From contig MNCI01002616.1 in the NCBI GenBank assembly GCA_015680685.1, forward strand, positions 192,378 to 256,377: a DNA stretch of 64,000 bases, written 5' to 3'. The translations under genes were made by a program, and so were the position numbers. The notes under the pieces were generated by a model. That model did no database searches. It was not told the DNA's origin and was given only the letters and a program-made list of their open reading frames with translations. The DNA comes from Gnetum montanum. Its lineage: Eukaryota; Plantae; Gnetophyta. This document shows positions 10,487-23,000 of the stretch, piece by piece; position 1 is the stretch's first letter, and each line of letters starts with the position of its first letter.

Positions 10487-13400
10487 ATGAATCTAGATTA
10501 ACCTTCTACATCAATGCCTAACACGTTTGATACCACAATCCAACCAAAGTGAGCCACACTAAGCCTTGAACAATATAACTTCATTTGTGTAAAAATCCAA
10601 GCCAACTTGCCTATTGATCGTATAGAAAGGGAAGCAAAGCGAGAATATGAATTTATCAATAAAGGAGGATGTGAGTTTATCCCTTCAGCATTTGACATAA
10701 TCTCGATATCTGAAAACCATCATAAACTCATATCCCAGCTTCTTATGGCTAGAAGTAAAGCCTTACAGCTACCTCCAATAGAGCCTCAAGATGAGGAAGA
10801 TGATTTTGCAACCCAATCTGAACATGGAGATTCCTACCATACCGTTAGTTCCCATGCCTACACAAACCCATTGTTGCACCCTTTCTTGGAAGAAACTATG
10901 CTTCTTTTATCATCCACAAATACTCGAGCATTAGTTTCCCAGCAAGAGGTACCTACTTCCATTCCTATCTTCTCCGTACCCAATAATATTCACTCTGATG
11001 TATCCACTTCCATCATTCCTCCACAAGTTCAGTCCCAACAATTCCCTCCCCAAACTAATGCAGGGTCAATCTTTCGACCTCAAGTAATTAAAATGCCATC
11101 AGTCATACCAACTTCCACATCCATCCATTACATACCTCAAGTACAAATCCATGGAGCACCATTGATTACCCCAATCCAACATGTTCATGGTGTTACTCCA
11201 CAACTTTTGGCTAGGCAGTGGGTTCCACCAGTTGTAGTCTCAATCCAAAATACCATCCCACCGTAACCAATATTAACCCAAAAACCTCCCTTTCCAATGC
11301 AACAATTAAACCATTAGCATCCACAATCTGTGCAATCCATCAGTTTGCCTACTGCCTAAGAATGGGCAAACACAAAAAATGATGCACTCACTGGCAGAAT
11401 AATTTAAACGCCTTAAAACTTTGAACAATGAGGAAGTCAAAGTACTAGATTTCTATCAAGATGACCCAATTGACCCCTCAGTTCCACCCTTAACCTTGCC
11501 AAAGGAAGTCTCGGTACCTCAGCTAACCAAGTACAATGGAGAGGGAGACCCAATGCCCACCTAGTGACATTCCGAACCAAAAGTGTTTTGCTTCAGGCAT
11601 GGCCCCATGTAATTCTACATGTATTTGCTATGTCCTTAGCAGGAAGAGCCTTATAATGGTACCGAGCCTTGCCCCGTCGCTCTATATTTTCTCTAGAGGA
11701 TCTGTTGCATCAATTTGTCACCTGTTTCAAATACAATCTAAAACCTGAAGCCACGTTAGATAGCTTGATTTAAATTAAACAAGCGCCTTTAGAGCCAGCA
11801 CAGAAGTTTATCCAAAGATGGAGTGTTGCCCTAAATGAACTTCATGAACCTATTCCTGAAACATATCTACTTACCATCCTTAAGGCAACTGCAAATGACT
11901 TAATTAAATCAAAGATTTATTATCTAAAACCCCATACTTTGAGCCAAGCATTCGCACAAATTAAAGACATAGAGGAAGCAGCACAAGCTAGCAATGACCT
12001 AGCTTATGTGGTCTACAAAAACTAACATACTCGCAAGCAAAACACAACCGAGGCAATAGTAGCCGCAATCACAAAAGAAACCAACTAGGGTCCAAAGGCT
12101 AATCAGCCTAAAGCCCTAGCTAACAAAGCCGCCAACTTTGGCACCAACTCACCTATATCGCTAGGGGCCATCCCAAGGTCCAACTTTCAGTGCAAGCACT
12201 GCTCAAAGTATACACCACTACCGATGCAACCCTCTCAACTATTGGAGCAACTCTTGAAAGCTGGGCAAATCCAACACAAACACTTGTCAGAGATTACTTG
12301 CCAAAAGCATGATAAGTACTACGAGCTACTAAGGAACCCCACCTTAGCAGTACCAAATGAGCCCTCGGTCCCACAGCATTTTAAATTGGACCAATACTAT
12401 CATTACCATCAAATGGCTGGTCATAGTACAGACAACTATCACGCCTTGCAAGATGACCTGTAGGGAATGATAAAACAAGGCCAACTAGTGATTGACACGA
12501 CAAGTCAATCCAACACAAACGATGCCTCCTATGTCATAAACTCAATTAGCATAGGTGGAAAGCCCAAACTTGTGCAACAACCTTTTGTGATCTATGTACC
12601 TCCTAACAAGGCAAAGATCCCCTCATCCTCCATAAGCAAGAGGCCTTCCTTTGTTATCAAAGTGCCACCTTGGGCACCCACAACACCCTTTGTGGTCAAG
12701 GCTCCACAGCCATCGTCCACTAAGATGTTAAACTGGCATGATGCAACAACAATAACTACTAGGAAACCTTTCATTGTCAAGGTCCCACAATACGTTAGTC
12801 ACACAACAACCCCTACAACAACTACTAAGCCACCCTTTATCATAAGGGTACCACAATGTGATGGCCCCTCACCTACCCAAAGCCCAACAGTGGGCAACAT
12901 CTTGATCCCTCCTCCTTCAAGGGTTGATCCCACTAGCAACCCGAGTAGGCCCACCAAATGGGAACGCAAGAGGACAAAATAGCATCTCACAAATCCCATG
13001 GCCGAAGCAAAGGCCACAACTAGCAAACAACAACTAAACACTAGGGCCCCTACCCCCAAGCAAACCAAGCCTAAGTCCCCCTCTTGAGAGGTCTATCTCT
13101 CAAGCTTCATGGAGGAAGTCAAAGCCAACACAACAGCTAATGACAAGGACTTCATAGCTACACTAACCCAGGTAAAGCAAACGCTCAAGCAAAAGAACAC
13201 AACATTTAGCTTATACGACATAGTCATGACTTCAACCAGTCACCGCGAAGCCTTGGCTCAAACGTTAGCATCCATTCCTGTTATAGAGGACATCCCCACA
13301 AATGAAGAATCCATCTGTGCAATGATTTCGCAATAGACACCACAAGGATTGGGTTCAAATACCTTAGCCTTTCACGATGATGTAGTTAAAGTTAATCCCA

Positions 13401-13985
13401 AACAAGGGGAAGTCACTACAGCTCCACTATCCATTAGCATTCATGTTGGGCAGTGCATAATCTGCAGAGTGCATGTTGACGATGGTGCAACAACAAACAT
13501 AGTCCTATACTCCATCATCGACAAGCTAGGCCTGGCAGATGAAATTAGTCCAACCAAAATCACATGTCTAAAATTCTTCAATGGATCACATGTCACAGTC
13601 AAGGGTACAATCAACTTAGCCTTTGTAGTGGAAGAGAAATTCCCCGCTAGTGCAGATTTCACTATCATAGAGGAGATGCCAAGTTTCAACATGATTCTAG
13701 GCAGGCCTTGGCTAGCTCAACTAAGGGCCATCTCCTCTCCCATCCATCAAGAAATCCACCTTCCATACAAAGGTGGTCAAGTTATCATCCATGGTGATAA
13801 CGTTTCCTCTTCAACTATCCACGACATAGACATGGTGAAAGTTTTGGAAGAATAGTTTGTTAATGGTACACCTACAACAACTAATGCAATGCTTAAGGCT
13901 AACACACCCAAACAAGTGGTTGAAGCTGACAACCTCCCAGAGGATCCTAAGCCTTGCACACTCCCTAATCCATGCCCAGTTAGGA
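10487..13985 (+). pseudogene. gag: gag-protease of element C
   Basis: Gag capsid motif KYNGEGDPNAHL, knuckle YHYHQMAGHSTDNY, protease VHVDDGATTNIV...FNMILGRPWL; multiple stops. Confidence 0.88.
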
Positions 13986-14429
13986 AGCAACTACATGACC
14001 AAGACTTTCCCTTAGCCAAAAATGTGGTGGGTGCCTGCCTACCATTTGCCTCCACTTGCCATGCATTTTTGACTTCTGTTTACATTTCACTAGCCTATGT
14101 GTTTACATTTTTCCCACTCACTTAGATCATGCATTTTGCTTTATTTACACATTCATCAACTTAGTTTATACATTGCATTTGAAAAAAATCAAACATAAAA
14201 ACATAAAACTACAAAAACACATGGCCTGAAAAGGCCTTAAACTAGCATACAACCCAAAATGGCCTAAAACTATCACTTTTGCATTGCTTTTATTTCATTC
14301 ATACATTCCAACTCTATGTACAATAGGTGTCACTTGATGTTTCTTTCTTCCTAGTTGATTTTTGTAGGATCTTGTAGGCACGTAGCATGACTATGCATGC
14401 AACATCACACTTTACACAAGCAAGGTAAG

Positions 14430-14905
14430 CATCAGTCCGCTATGACTATAAATTGGCACAGAATAGTCCTGGCATCATGACTTAAAAATGATACCACAGA
14501 GTAGTCTTGAAATCATGACTTAAAACTAATACCATAGAATAGTCCTAGAATCATGACTTAAAACTAATACCACAGAATAGTCTTGGCATCATGACTTAAA
14601 ACTGATACCACAGAGTAGTCCTAGCATCATGACTTAAAACTGATATCACAGAATAGTCCTGGCATCATGACTTAAAACTGATACCACAAAATTCTATCTG
14701 GTATAATACTAAACTGCTACATCCATCCACCATGACATGAAACTAGCATCCAGGGTCCACTAAGACTATAAACTAGTTTGCCTCTTCATAGTTTTCTATG
14801 ACTATAAACTAGCAATGCACCATCTGCCATGATGCTAAACTGGCGTCGTCCAAGGGGTTATGATGTGAAACTAATCTACAATAGTCCTCTAAGACTATAA
14901 ACTGG
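14430..14905 (+). repeat. Tandem array of element C, including 6 x 38-bp units at 14461-14688
   Basis: Unit GAATAGTCCTGGCATCATGACTTAAAACTGATACCACA starting at 14461, 14499, 14537, 14575, 14613 and 14651, flanked by looser ~30-bp units. Confidence 0.9.
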
Positions 14906-16043
14906 TGACATCATCGATGACCAAGCAAAACTTGAAAAGATGTGTCGCTGCAATCAACTATTCATGTTCGACAAAGACTTGATGCATGATTCATCTCATG
15001 GGCCCTAATGAAACTGATGCTATTCATGATTCTGTCTACTTTGAAAATTGCATGTCGTGACTCCATCTCCTTGTTTAAAGTGTTTAGCTGACTGTTTCAT
15101 TTGTGGTTTTCTTGTCTTCTTGGAGTTGTGTTTGCAGGATGACACTTCTAAGGCATTCGTGCATAGATGCACTTCATCATGACGACAAGGTATCACATTT
15201 TTTCCTAACGCACACGACTGGGTTAATCAATCCATTCATAAGTACATTCCTAACTCCTAATACATTCCCTATTCCCCATCATGCTCCCTTATCCTATTCA
15301 ATTACATCCCCCTTGATACGTTCCACTCATCTCAAAACTCTTGATACACTATTGCACATTGTAGCTCTCTAAGAAGTTGCGATGCAAAACACATAGTACA
15401 TGATGCAAAATGCAAGTGCTCATACACAAGCACAACACAAAAAGCAAGCTCTTTCAAAAAATAAAAGAAAAAGAAAGACAAAGAAAGGAAAAAGAAAAAA
15501 GAAAAAAAAAGGTCAAAGAGCAAAATGCACAAAAAAGGTCTTCATGACCTCGTTGACATCATAAACAAAAGACTATTGGCCATTCTCATATAAGCCCTAG
15601 GTGAGAAGGCAATTGTATTGAAAAATAGTTATACTTGTGTCTCAAAGAGACCATGTTGCACATCACCACATGGCTTTGGCTGTTTACAACGGGCCTCGTA
15701 AACACTCTATAAGAGTCTCGTTTCTCCAAAGAATGCACTTTCTATGTCTTGGCTCTGAGTCTGCTGAATACTAGCTATGGACAAGGGCCAAAATACAGCT
15801 CATTCGCATGAGAGCACTCCTCTCCCACAATCTTGATAGCAATCATAACCCTTGATCAACTCCCAACTTATCTCAGTTACAATCCCTTGCATCTTGAACC
15901 ACATCCCCTCAATCCCATGTACTTTCAAAAATGGTGCAATAATATCCAGCCAAGGGCTGATCGTTAATGTTTGGTACTTGTTTGTTCATGGTGTTTGCAC
16001 TTTTTTATCAACGCCTCCTGGGTGAATTCCTCTAGACATCAAC

Positions 16044-16056
16044 AAAGAGGGGCCAA
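16044..16056 (+). promoter_or_regulatory. PPT, element C
   Basis: AAAGAGGGGCCAA followed by TGAAACA. Confidence 0.88.
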
Positions 16057-17076
16057 TGAAACACCACTAATTTTGGCCTAGCACTTTTAGGCAAGAATCA
16101 AGCTAAGTCATGCTGCTGCCCAACATGAGTACAGCATGATCAAACTTGGAGGCCTCCGAAACAGACCCCGATGGCCCATGATTCAATAGGCAAGGTTCCC
16201 TCGGGACCCACAAGCGACTGCACCAACTTCCATCATCCAGAATCAAAATTTTCGAGTTCAAAATGTTTCGTTTTAGCTAAGTACACTTTGGTTACTTTTT
16301 CAGATGCTGCACAGCGTAAGGATCAACGTCACCAACTTTTGGAGCCCCAAAATTAAGATAAAACAAGCTAAAATTGAGCACAAGGATCCCCCATGACCTT
16401 CACCAAGGTCCCCAGTAGCTCCCAGCCTCCAGAAAATCAAGATTTGGGCCTCAAATGTGCCATTTTAACTTGGTGACATTGGGGTTACTTTTTCAAACGC
16501 TGCACAGCGTAAGGATCAGCGTCACCTATTTTTAGAGCCCTAAAACTAAGCCAAAATGACTTGATTTCAAGGGTGTAAGTCATCCTCAGGGTCCACTATT
16601 GATAACTATGGGTCCCAACTTTCAGAAATTCTAGATTTCAGCTCAAAATTGCAAGTTTTGGAGGTCACACTGGGCAATCAAATTTCTCTTGTTGTACATC
16701 TCATTATAAATCCCCATTTGTGGGCATGTCAAGCCCTCATGGTCTAAATTAAATATACTTTCATGGGCTTGAATAACCTATAAATTGTAAAATGCAATGT
16801 ACCTGGTCAAAAATGTATCTTGCCAACACACATCCAACTCGTGCACAACTATCCAACATAGATACATTGAACCTGGTTAAAGAATGCAACTATTCAACAC
16901 ACATCCAACTCGTGCCAACTATCCATGGGACACATGTCGCTAGATCTTCTTTCCTCTCATCTCACAACCGTTGATTCCATTCTTGAATTTCGTGCCTAAG
17001 CCCAACCCAACCCTATAAATACCCTATCAATTCACATAAACTGGGGGAAAAAAATTGTAGAGGCAAAAATTTTAGA
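16057..17076 (+). repeat. 3' LTR of element C, left part (split by D)
   Basis: Highly similar to 8295-9350. Confidence 0.92.
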
Positions 17077-18784
17077 TGTAGCGACCGAAAACATCAACAG
17101 CTGGAAGAACGCCAAGGTCGACAAACACAACAGTTCCAACCCCATGCTCGCGGGAGAGCAGTGTTGGATGTGTGCGAACACGGGGTGCCCTAAACGGTCT
17201 GGTTGATCAGACAGAGACTTACATCGACGTCGATATAGCCTTTTGCAATATAAACTGTACAAGCTGCGAGATGGTGCTTATGGGTAATTACAGTGGGAAA
17301 AAGAAAGGGACTAAAAAAATGCAACAATAATGTGAAATAGTGAATAAACATAAGTGTGAAAATGATATGAGACGATGCTTGAAGGTAAACAAAAAAGAAA
17401 TAATACAAGGAAGCCAGATAGTAAAAAAGAGATAACAAAAGATATAGTTAGGAACATGCACCACTTCAAAGCTACAAATCTATCTAGTTAGGGCAAGGAA
17501 CATTCAACTGCATGATGTGACGAAGTGCAGAAAGTTTCGAGAGTGACCAAAGTGTACCGGGAAACAGGAATAGCTGTGCACTTGGGCACAGACTTCACGT
17601 GTATACAACACGGGCAAGATCCTACCAAGGTGGTAGAATGAGACCCTGGGCTTTACGCCAACTGAGAGAAGTTCCTTTTACAGATTGCTGGCCTCTCTTT
17701 TTCTTTCCCTTATTATGAGATTGCAGGTATTTCTCTTTGTTTGTTTCAATTCAGGAGACTTCCCTTTTCTCTTTCTTTTTTTCTTCGCGAACCCTTTTTG
17801 TGCTATTTCACAGGCTATTTATAGGACTGAAGATAAGCAAAGGTGACCGTTTGAATACTTTGTTGTTGTAGACTTGCACCAACTTACTAGCGTTACTCGA
17901 GTCATTTGTGACTGTTGAGCTTGCAAGACCGTTGTGATGCGAGCAATAACTGCGATCCTACCACGTTGTGATTATGCCGCTAGCTCCTAGAGGCATGTGC
18001 CAACGGTTTGATTGAGGTGGAGTGCATTTATGTTGCATGGCCACCTGCTTGTCGCACTACGTTTTGCAACGTGGCTTGCTTATTGTGGTGTAGCACCTTG
18101 CCGCGTGTCCTGCCGTACGTCACATACTTGCTACATGATGCTACGCCATGTAGCGTAGCGTAGTGTAGCGTAGCATAGCGAATGGGACAATTTTGTTGAT
18201 TTTTAGCTTATTCTTCCATAATGCAAGTTCTGTGGACTTCGCTAATTTTTCCTTTTGAACCCCTTCTGTTCCTTTCCGCAGGATTGCTACGCCTTGCTGC
18301 GCCATGTAGCTCAGTGTAGCGTAGTAGCAAACATGGTCCACCGCTTCCTGGTGAGAAGGAACATCATTGCAGAACTTAAGATTGGACAAGGGAGGTGAGT
18401 AGTGAAGTTGTTGCTATGCTACGCCATATGTCATTGCATAGCGTAACATCTCGTTCCGCCATTGTTTTCTGAGGATTGCTACGCTACAAATCGTAGCGTA
18501 GCAGGCTTTGTGACTTAGAAAACATGCTAAACTGCTTCTCCTGTGCACCTAGGCTACTGTCCCTGATTCTGGACATTATTTTTGAGTAGGCTACTGGTTG
18601 TTCAGACTACTTTGGTGGGTGAGTGGGTTGGTACGGAAACCGTCCATGCCTAATGTAGAGAATTTACTGAACTGGCCATCCTGGACCTAGAACGTTCTTT
18701 TCCTAATGGATTTTTGTGGTGTCGTGCGGTCTACAAGAGCCTGGTGAAGCCAAGATGACCCTGCATTTTATTTTAGGTGTTTCA
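17077..18784 (-). repeat. 3' LTR of element D
   Basis: TGTAGCGACC...TGTTTCA on the plus strand; direct repeat of 33805-35513. Confidence 0.95.
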
Positions 18785-18797
18785 TTGGCCCCTCTTT
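18785..18797 (-). promoter_or_regulatory. PPT, element D
   Basis: TTGGCCCCTCTTT = AAAGAGGGGCCAA on the minus strand. Confidence 0.9.
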
Positions 18798-19784
18798 GTT
18801 GACGTCTGGAGAACAAGCTCGATGGACATCGGTACAGAATACGAAACACTGCAGCAAGCGAAACATTGAGGTTATCACTTGGTGAGCACTGAGACGTTGC
18901 ATGGCTGTGCTTGAGGGTGTTGCATTGGTGCTATCAAGGTTAAGGCAGAGAACAGAGATGATGTTTAGTTGAGTCCCTTGTCAGAGCACTCTGAGGGGCT
19001 CGTTTGCATTTTCATCTCTAGCTGGCGCTGTTCTTCAACCTCCTGTAGGCGGTTGTCCCCTCCATAGAATGAGCTGTATTACATCCACAGAGGATCTTGA
19101 CCTACCTATCAGAGCCTTTCGCATAGTGAGCTATGTTACGCACGTGCTAGAATTTGCACTCTCAAACAACCATGTTAGTTAAGACACTCACTTTACGATG
19201 TTGTAGCGTTTGCTGCTGTAGAGGGATGTGTCTGCGGGGACAATGTCTAGCGGGCTGCTGGCATTATTACCGTTGGGCACCATCGCTGGTGTGAGATGCC
19301 CAAAGTAGGGTGGCCAGCAGCAATCTCAGTAGCACTACCCATGGAGGGAGCTATTCCCCAAGGCACCAGGGGCAAGGATGCACTGGGATTCCCACCAAAG
19401 ACATGCACACTGAGTTCAACTATGGGATCAGCTACCACATAGCCGAACACTGTGCAAGCCACAACCTTGACGAGGAATAGAAGCACAACAATATTGTGGC
19501 TGGGCCACAATACTGTCAGCACCTCAGAAGAAGGAACAGGCCCAAGAGATACCATCAAGGTGGTGAGTTGTAGCGATGGTAGGTTCAAAGGGCCCATGTG
19601 ACATCATACGATGTTTTCGAAGGGTTAGCATGACACCGGAGATGATGATGCATACACCCCAGACCGTGTTTTCCTTACGTCGGGAACTGCATCCTAGGGC
19701 GACGATGTCCCACCCGTGTGCTGGTATCATGCCACTTCGTTCGACATATGTTTGATGATGATGCATGGTGAGGATGCGACGCAA

Positions 19785-20065
19785 ACCCAGTTTAAGATCT
19801 TAGTAGACTAGGTGTTGGTTTAGGGTCCCAGCAGACCGCTGTGTCGGTTTGAGGTCCCAACGGACCGTACACACTAGTTTTACATCGTGGAGAACGTGCG
19901 ATGCCATTTTATAGTCATAGTGGACTAACAGTGCCATTTTTACATCGTGGCGGATAGTTGCTGCCAATTTACCATCGTAGCGGATGCTGTTTGGCGCTGC
20001 TAGTTTATCATCATTACGAACGCTGACCGGCATGGCTGCTAGTTTATCGTCATAGCGGACGGTGT
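19785..20065 (-). repeat. Post-pol tandem array, element D
   Basis: Minus-strand units such as CGTCCGCTATGACGATAAACTAGCA; also reads as ORF 19800-20078. Confidence 0.85.
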
Positions 20066-20084
20066 TTGGTGTTGTCATTATTCC

Positions 20085-23000
20085 TTAGATGTAGTATGGC
20101 TTGAGGTACATGTGGTTCACTAGGTTGGCAAACTCGTTGTTGTCCATGTCCGCCAATTTCAAAGCTCCATTCCCAAAGGCTTTAGCGACCATGTAAGGCC
20201 CTTCCAAGCTGGCTGAGAATTTACTCACATGCTCATGGGTGGCCTTGAGGACAAGATCTCCCTTCTGCACTTGTTGTCGATGCAGATCTGCACGATGCTT
20301 TTTCCGTTGTCTGTCTTGATAGTGCTTAATTTGTCTTAGTGTCTGCACGTGTTCCTTCTCCACTGAGTCGAGGTCGATGGCTCGCGATTCATTGTTCTGG
20401 GCTTCACTCACGACGTTGGACAGGATCATCTGGAGTGAGGGTACTTGTAACTCAAGAGGTAACATAGCTTCAGATCTGTAAAGGAGACTGTAAGGGGTCT
20501 TACTTGTCATGGTTTTGCAAGTTGTTCGATAGGCCCAGAGGACATAAAGTATTTTCTCGTGCCACCGCCTCTTGCTGTTGCTAAGCATCCACTTCAGTAA
20601 GTTGATGATGGATTTATTTGTAGCCTTCGCCTGTCCATTTGCCTACAGATAGTAAGGGGAATAAAATGATTGTTTAATGCCCAGGTTGCTACAGAAAGCC
20701 TGGGTTTCATTGTCAGTCAGTCACAATAGTCACAATAGTCATTGGTAACCCAAACCTAGTTACGATGTTATCGAGGATGAAGTGGCAGATTTGCTGGGAT
20801 GTCATTTTTCTTAGGGTAATAGCTTCCACCCACTTAGTAAAATACTCTGTGGTGGTGATAATGAAGCTATGCCCTGCGGAAGACTTAGGCATGATAGGCC
20901 CTATGAGGTCTAGTCCCCATCGTTGGAAAGGCCACGTAATTTTTGTAGGGTGTAGGTCTGTAGGCGCTATGTGTATGAGATTTTCATATCTCTGACATGT
21001 GTCACATGTCTTGACTTTCGACAGGCAGTCGCACTCCATGTAAGGCCAATAATACCCTAGGTGTCTAATTTTTGCTGCCATAGCCCTAATTGCTATGTGT
21101 CCGCTGCACAGTCCTTCATGAACCTCATTAGCTACCTTCTGTGCCTGCTCACCACCCACGCATGCCAGCAATATCCCATTGTAGGATCATTGGCATAGGG
21201 CATCATTTCCTATGAGCACGTATTGCTGGATGTGCTTGCAGATTACATCTCTATAACCCAATGTCAATTCACCTAGGAGTTCGCCATGCTGCAAATATGC
21301 TTTAATGTTATCGTACCATTCCGAGGTGTCTGCAGTGTCAACAGACACCACGTGTTCTGCTTGAGTGATAGGTTCTGCGCATTCTACGATCACAGTTGGC
21401 CAGTTTGCGAAGGAATGCGATGGGATGTTTAACGCAAGGGTAGCTAAGGCGTCTGCTATGCCATTCTTGCTGCGTGGCATGTGTTGCACATCAGTGATCG
21501 CGAATTATTTCAGTAAAACCTTTGCTAGGTAGCAGTAGGGTTGCAGATGCATAGCCTTATAGGTGTAAACTTCAGTGATTTGATTCACCACTAGTTGTGA
21601 ATATCCCCAGATCGCCAGGTGTTGTACATGCAGTGCGCGGGTCGTTGAGAGGCCTTTGAGTAGCCCCTCGTATTCCGCCACGTTGTTAGTGCATGGGAAT
21701 GCGAAGCAATAAGAGGATGGATACATTTCCCCAGAGAGGAATGTGATTACGGCAACGATGCTACCTCCTGCATGGTTGAGGCACCGTCGAAGTGTAGAAT
21801 TTCCTTGAAATGCGGTGGGATGATGGCGACATTGCTTACGTATTCGTCTAGGAACTTGGGATCGATGACTACCTGGTCATCGACTAGCGAGTCCGTAAGT
21901 TGGGTCGCTATGGCTTGGCCTTTTGTTGACGATTGGCTCACATAGTGTAGATCAAATTCTGTAGTTATGGCCTTCCATTGGGCTATCCTACTACTTTCGT
22001 ATAGGTTGTCGGTGATAGCCCGGAGTACATTGCTTTTGCAAATGATATTGGTTGTGCTGCGGAATAGGTAGTGCCTCCACCTTTTTAGTGCAAACACTAA
22101 GGCTAGGAAATTCCTTTTCACCTTGTTGTATTTTTCCTCATATGATATTAATGCATGGCTCAGGTAATACACTGGTATCTTAAAGCCATCATCTCGCTTC
22201 TGACATAGCAGTGCCGCTATGGATGCATCAGAGGTGGTGAGTTATATGAAGAAGGGCTTGTCCCTCTGCGGCAGGTACACTATTCGTAGGTGTGAGAGTT
22301 CTTTCTTTAGGTTGTCAAAGGCTTGTTGACATTGGATTGTCCACTTGAAGTCAACTCCTTTTCTCAGAAGGTGTTGCATGGGGTGTAACTTATCTGTCAG
22401 TCTTGCTATAAACCTTCAAATGAATTGCACTCTACCTTGTAGACCATGTAACTCTTTTAGGTTTGTGAGAGGTGCTAGGTTGATGATAGCCTTGGCTTTT
22501 TTTGGGTCCACCCATATTCTAGCCTCCGATACTACAAATCCTAACATGCGTCTGGTCTTTACTCTGAAGATGCATTTCTTAGGATTAAGATGCAAATCGT
22601 GCCTTTGAAAACACTTGAGAACTAATTCTATGTTGCGCAGGTGATGGGCCACCTCTTTAGACTTAACTGCTATATCGTCCACGTAATCATTAATCGTTTC
22701 TAGGATGTGGTTACTAAAAATGTATGTCATGGCTCGCTGGTATGTCGCCCTAGCATTCTTGAGCCCAAAGGGCATCATGGCATAGCAGAAGGTTCCCCAT
22801 GGAGTCATGAAGGTTATTGACAACTGGTGTTCCAGGTTGATGCAGATTTGGTTTTATCCAAAGAAGCCATCCATGAAGGATAGCAAAGCATGCCTAGTCG
22901 TGGTGTCGATGAGTTGATCGATGCTCAGTAGTGGAAAGTTATCCTTGATCGTTGCCTTGTTCAAATCTCGGAAATCTATACACATTCGTAGCCCTCCTAT

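Noticed and set aside
17032-18389. Short ORFs inside LTRs (also 8384-8593, 9590-9808, 33750-35117, 45966-47572)
   Set aside because: Low-complexity or hydrophobic, and not frame-conserved between paired LTRs.
20085-20200. Chromodomain at the integrase C-terminus
   Set aside because: Integrase ends shortly after the GPY motif (YLKPYYI*), as expected for non-chromoviruses.
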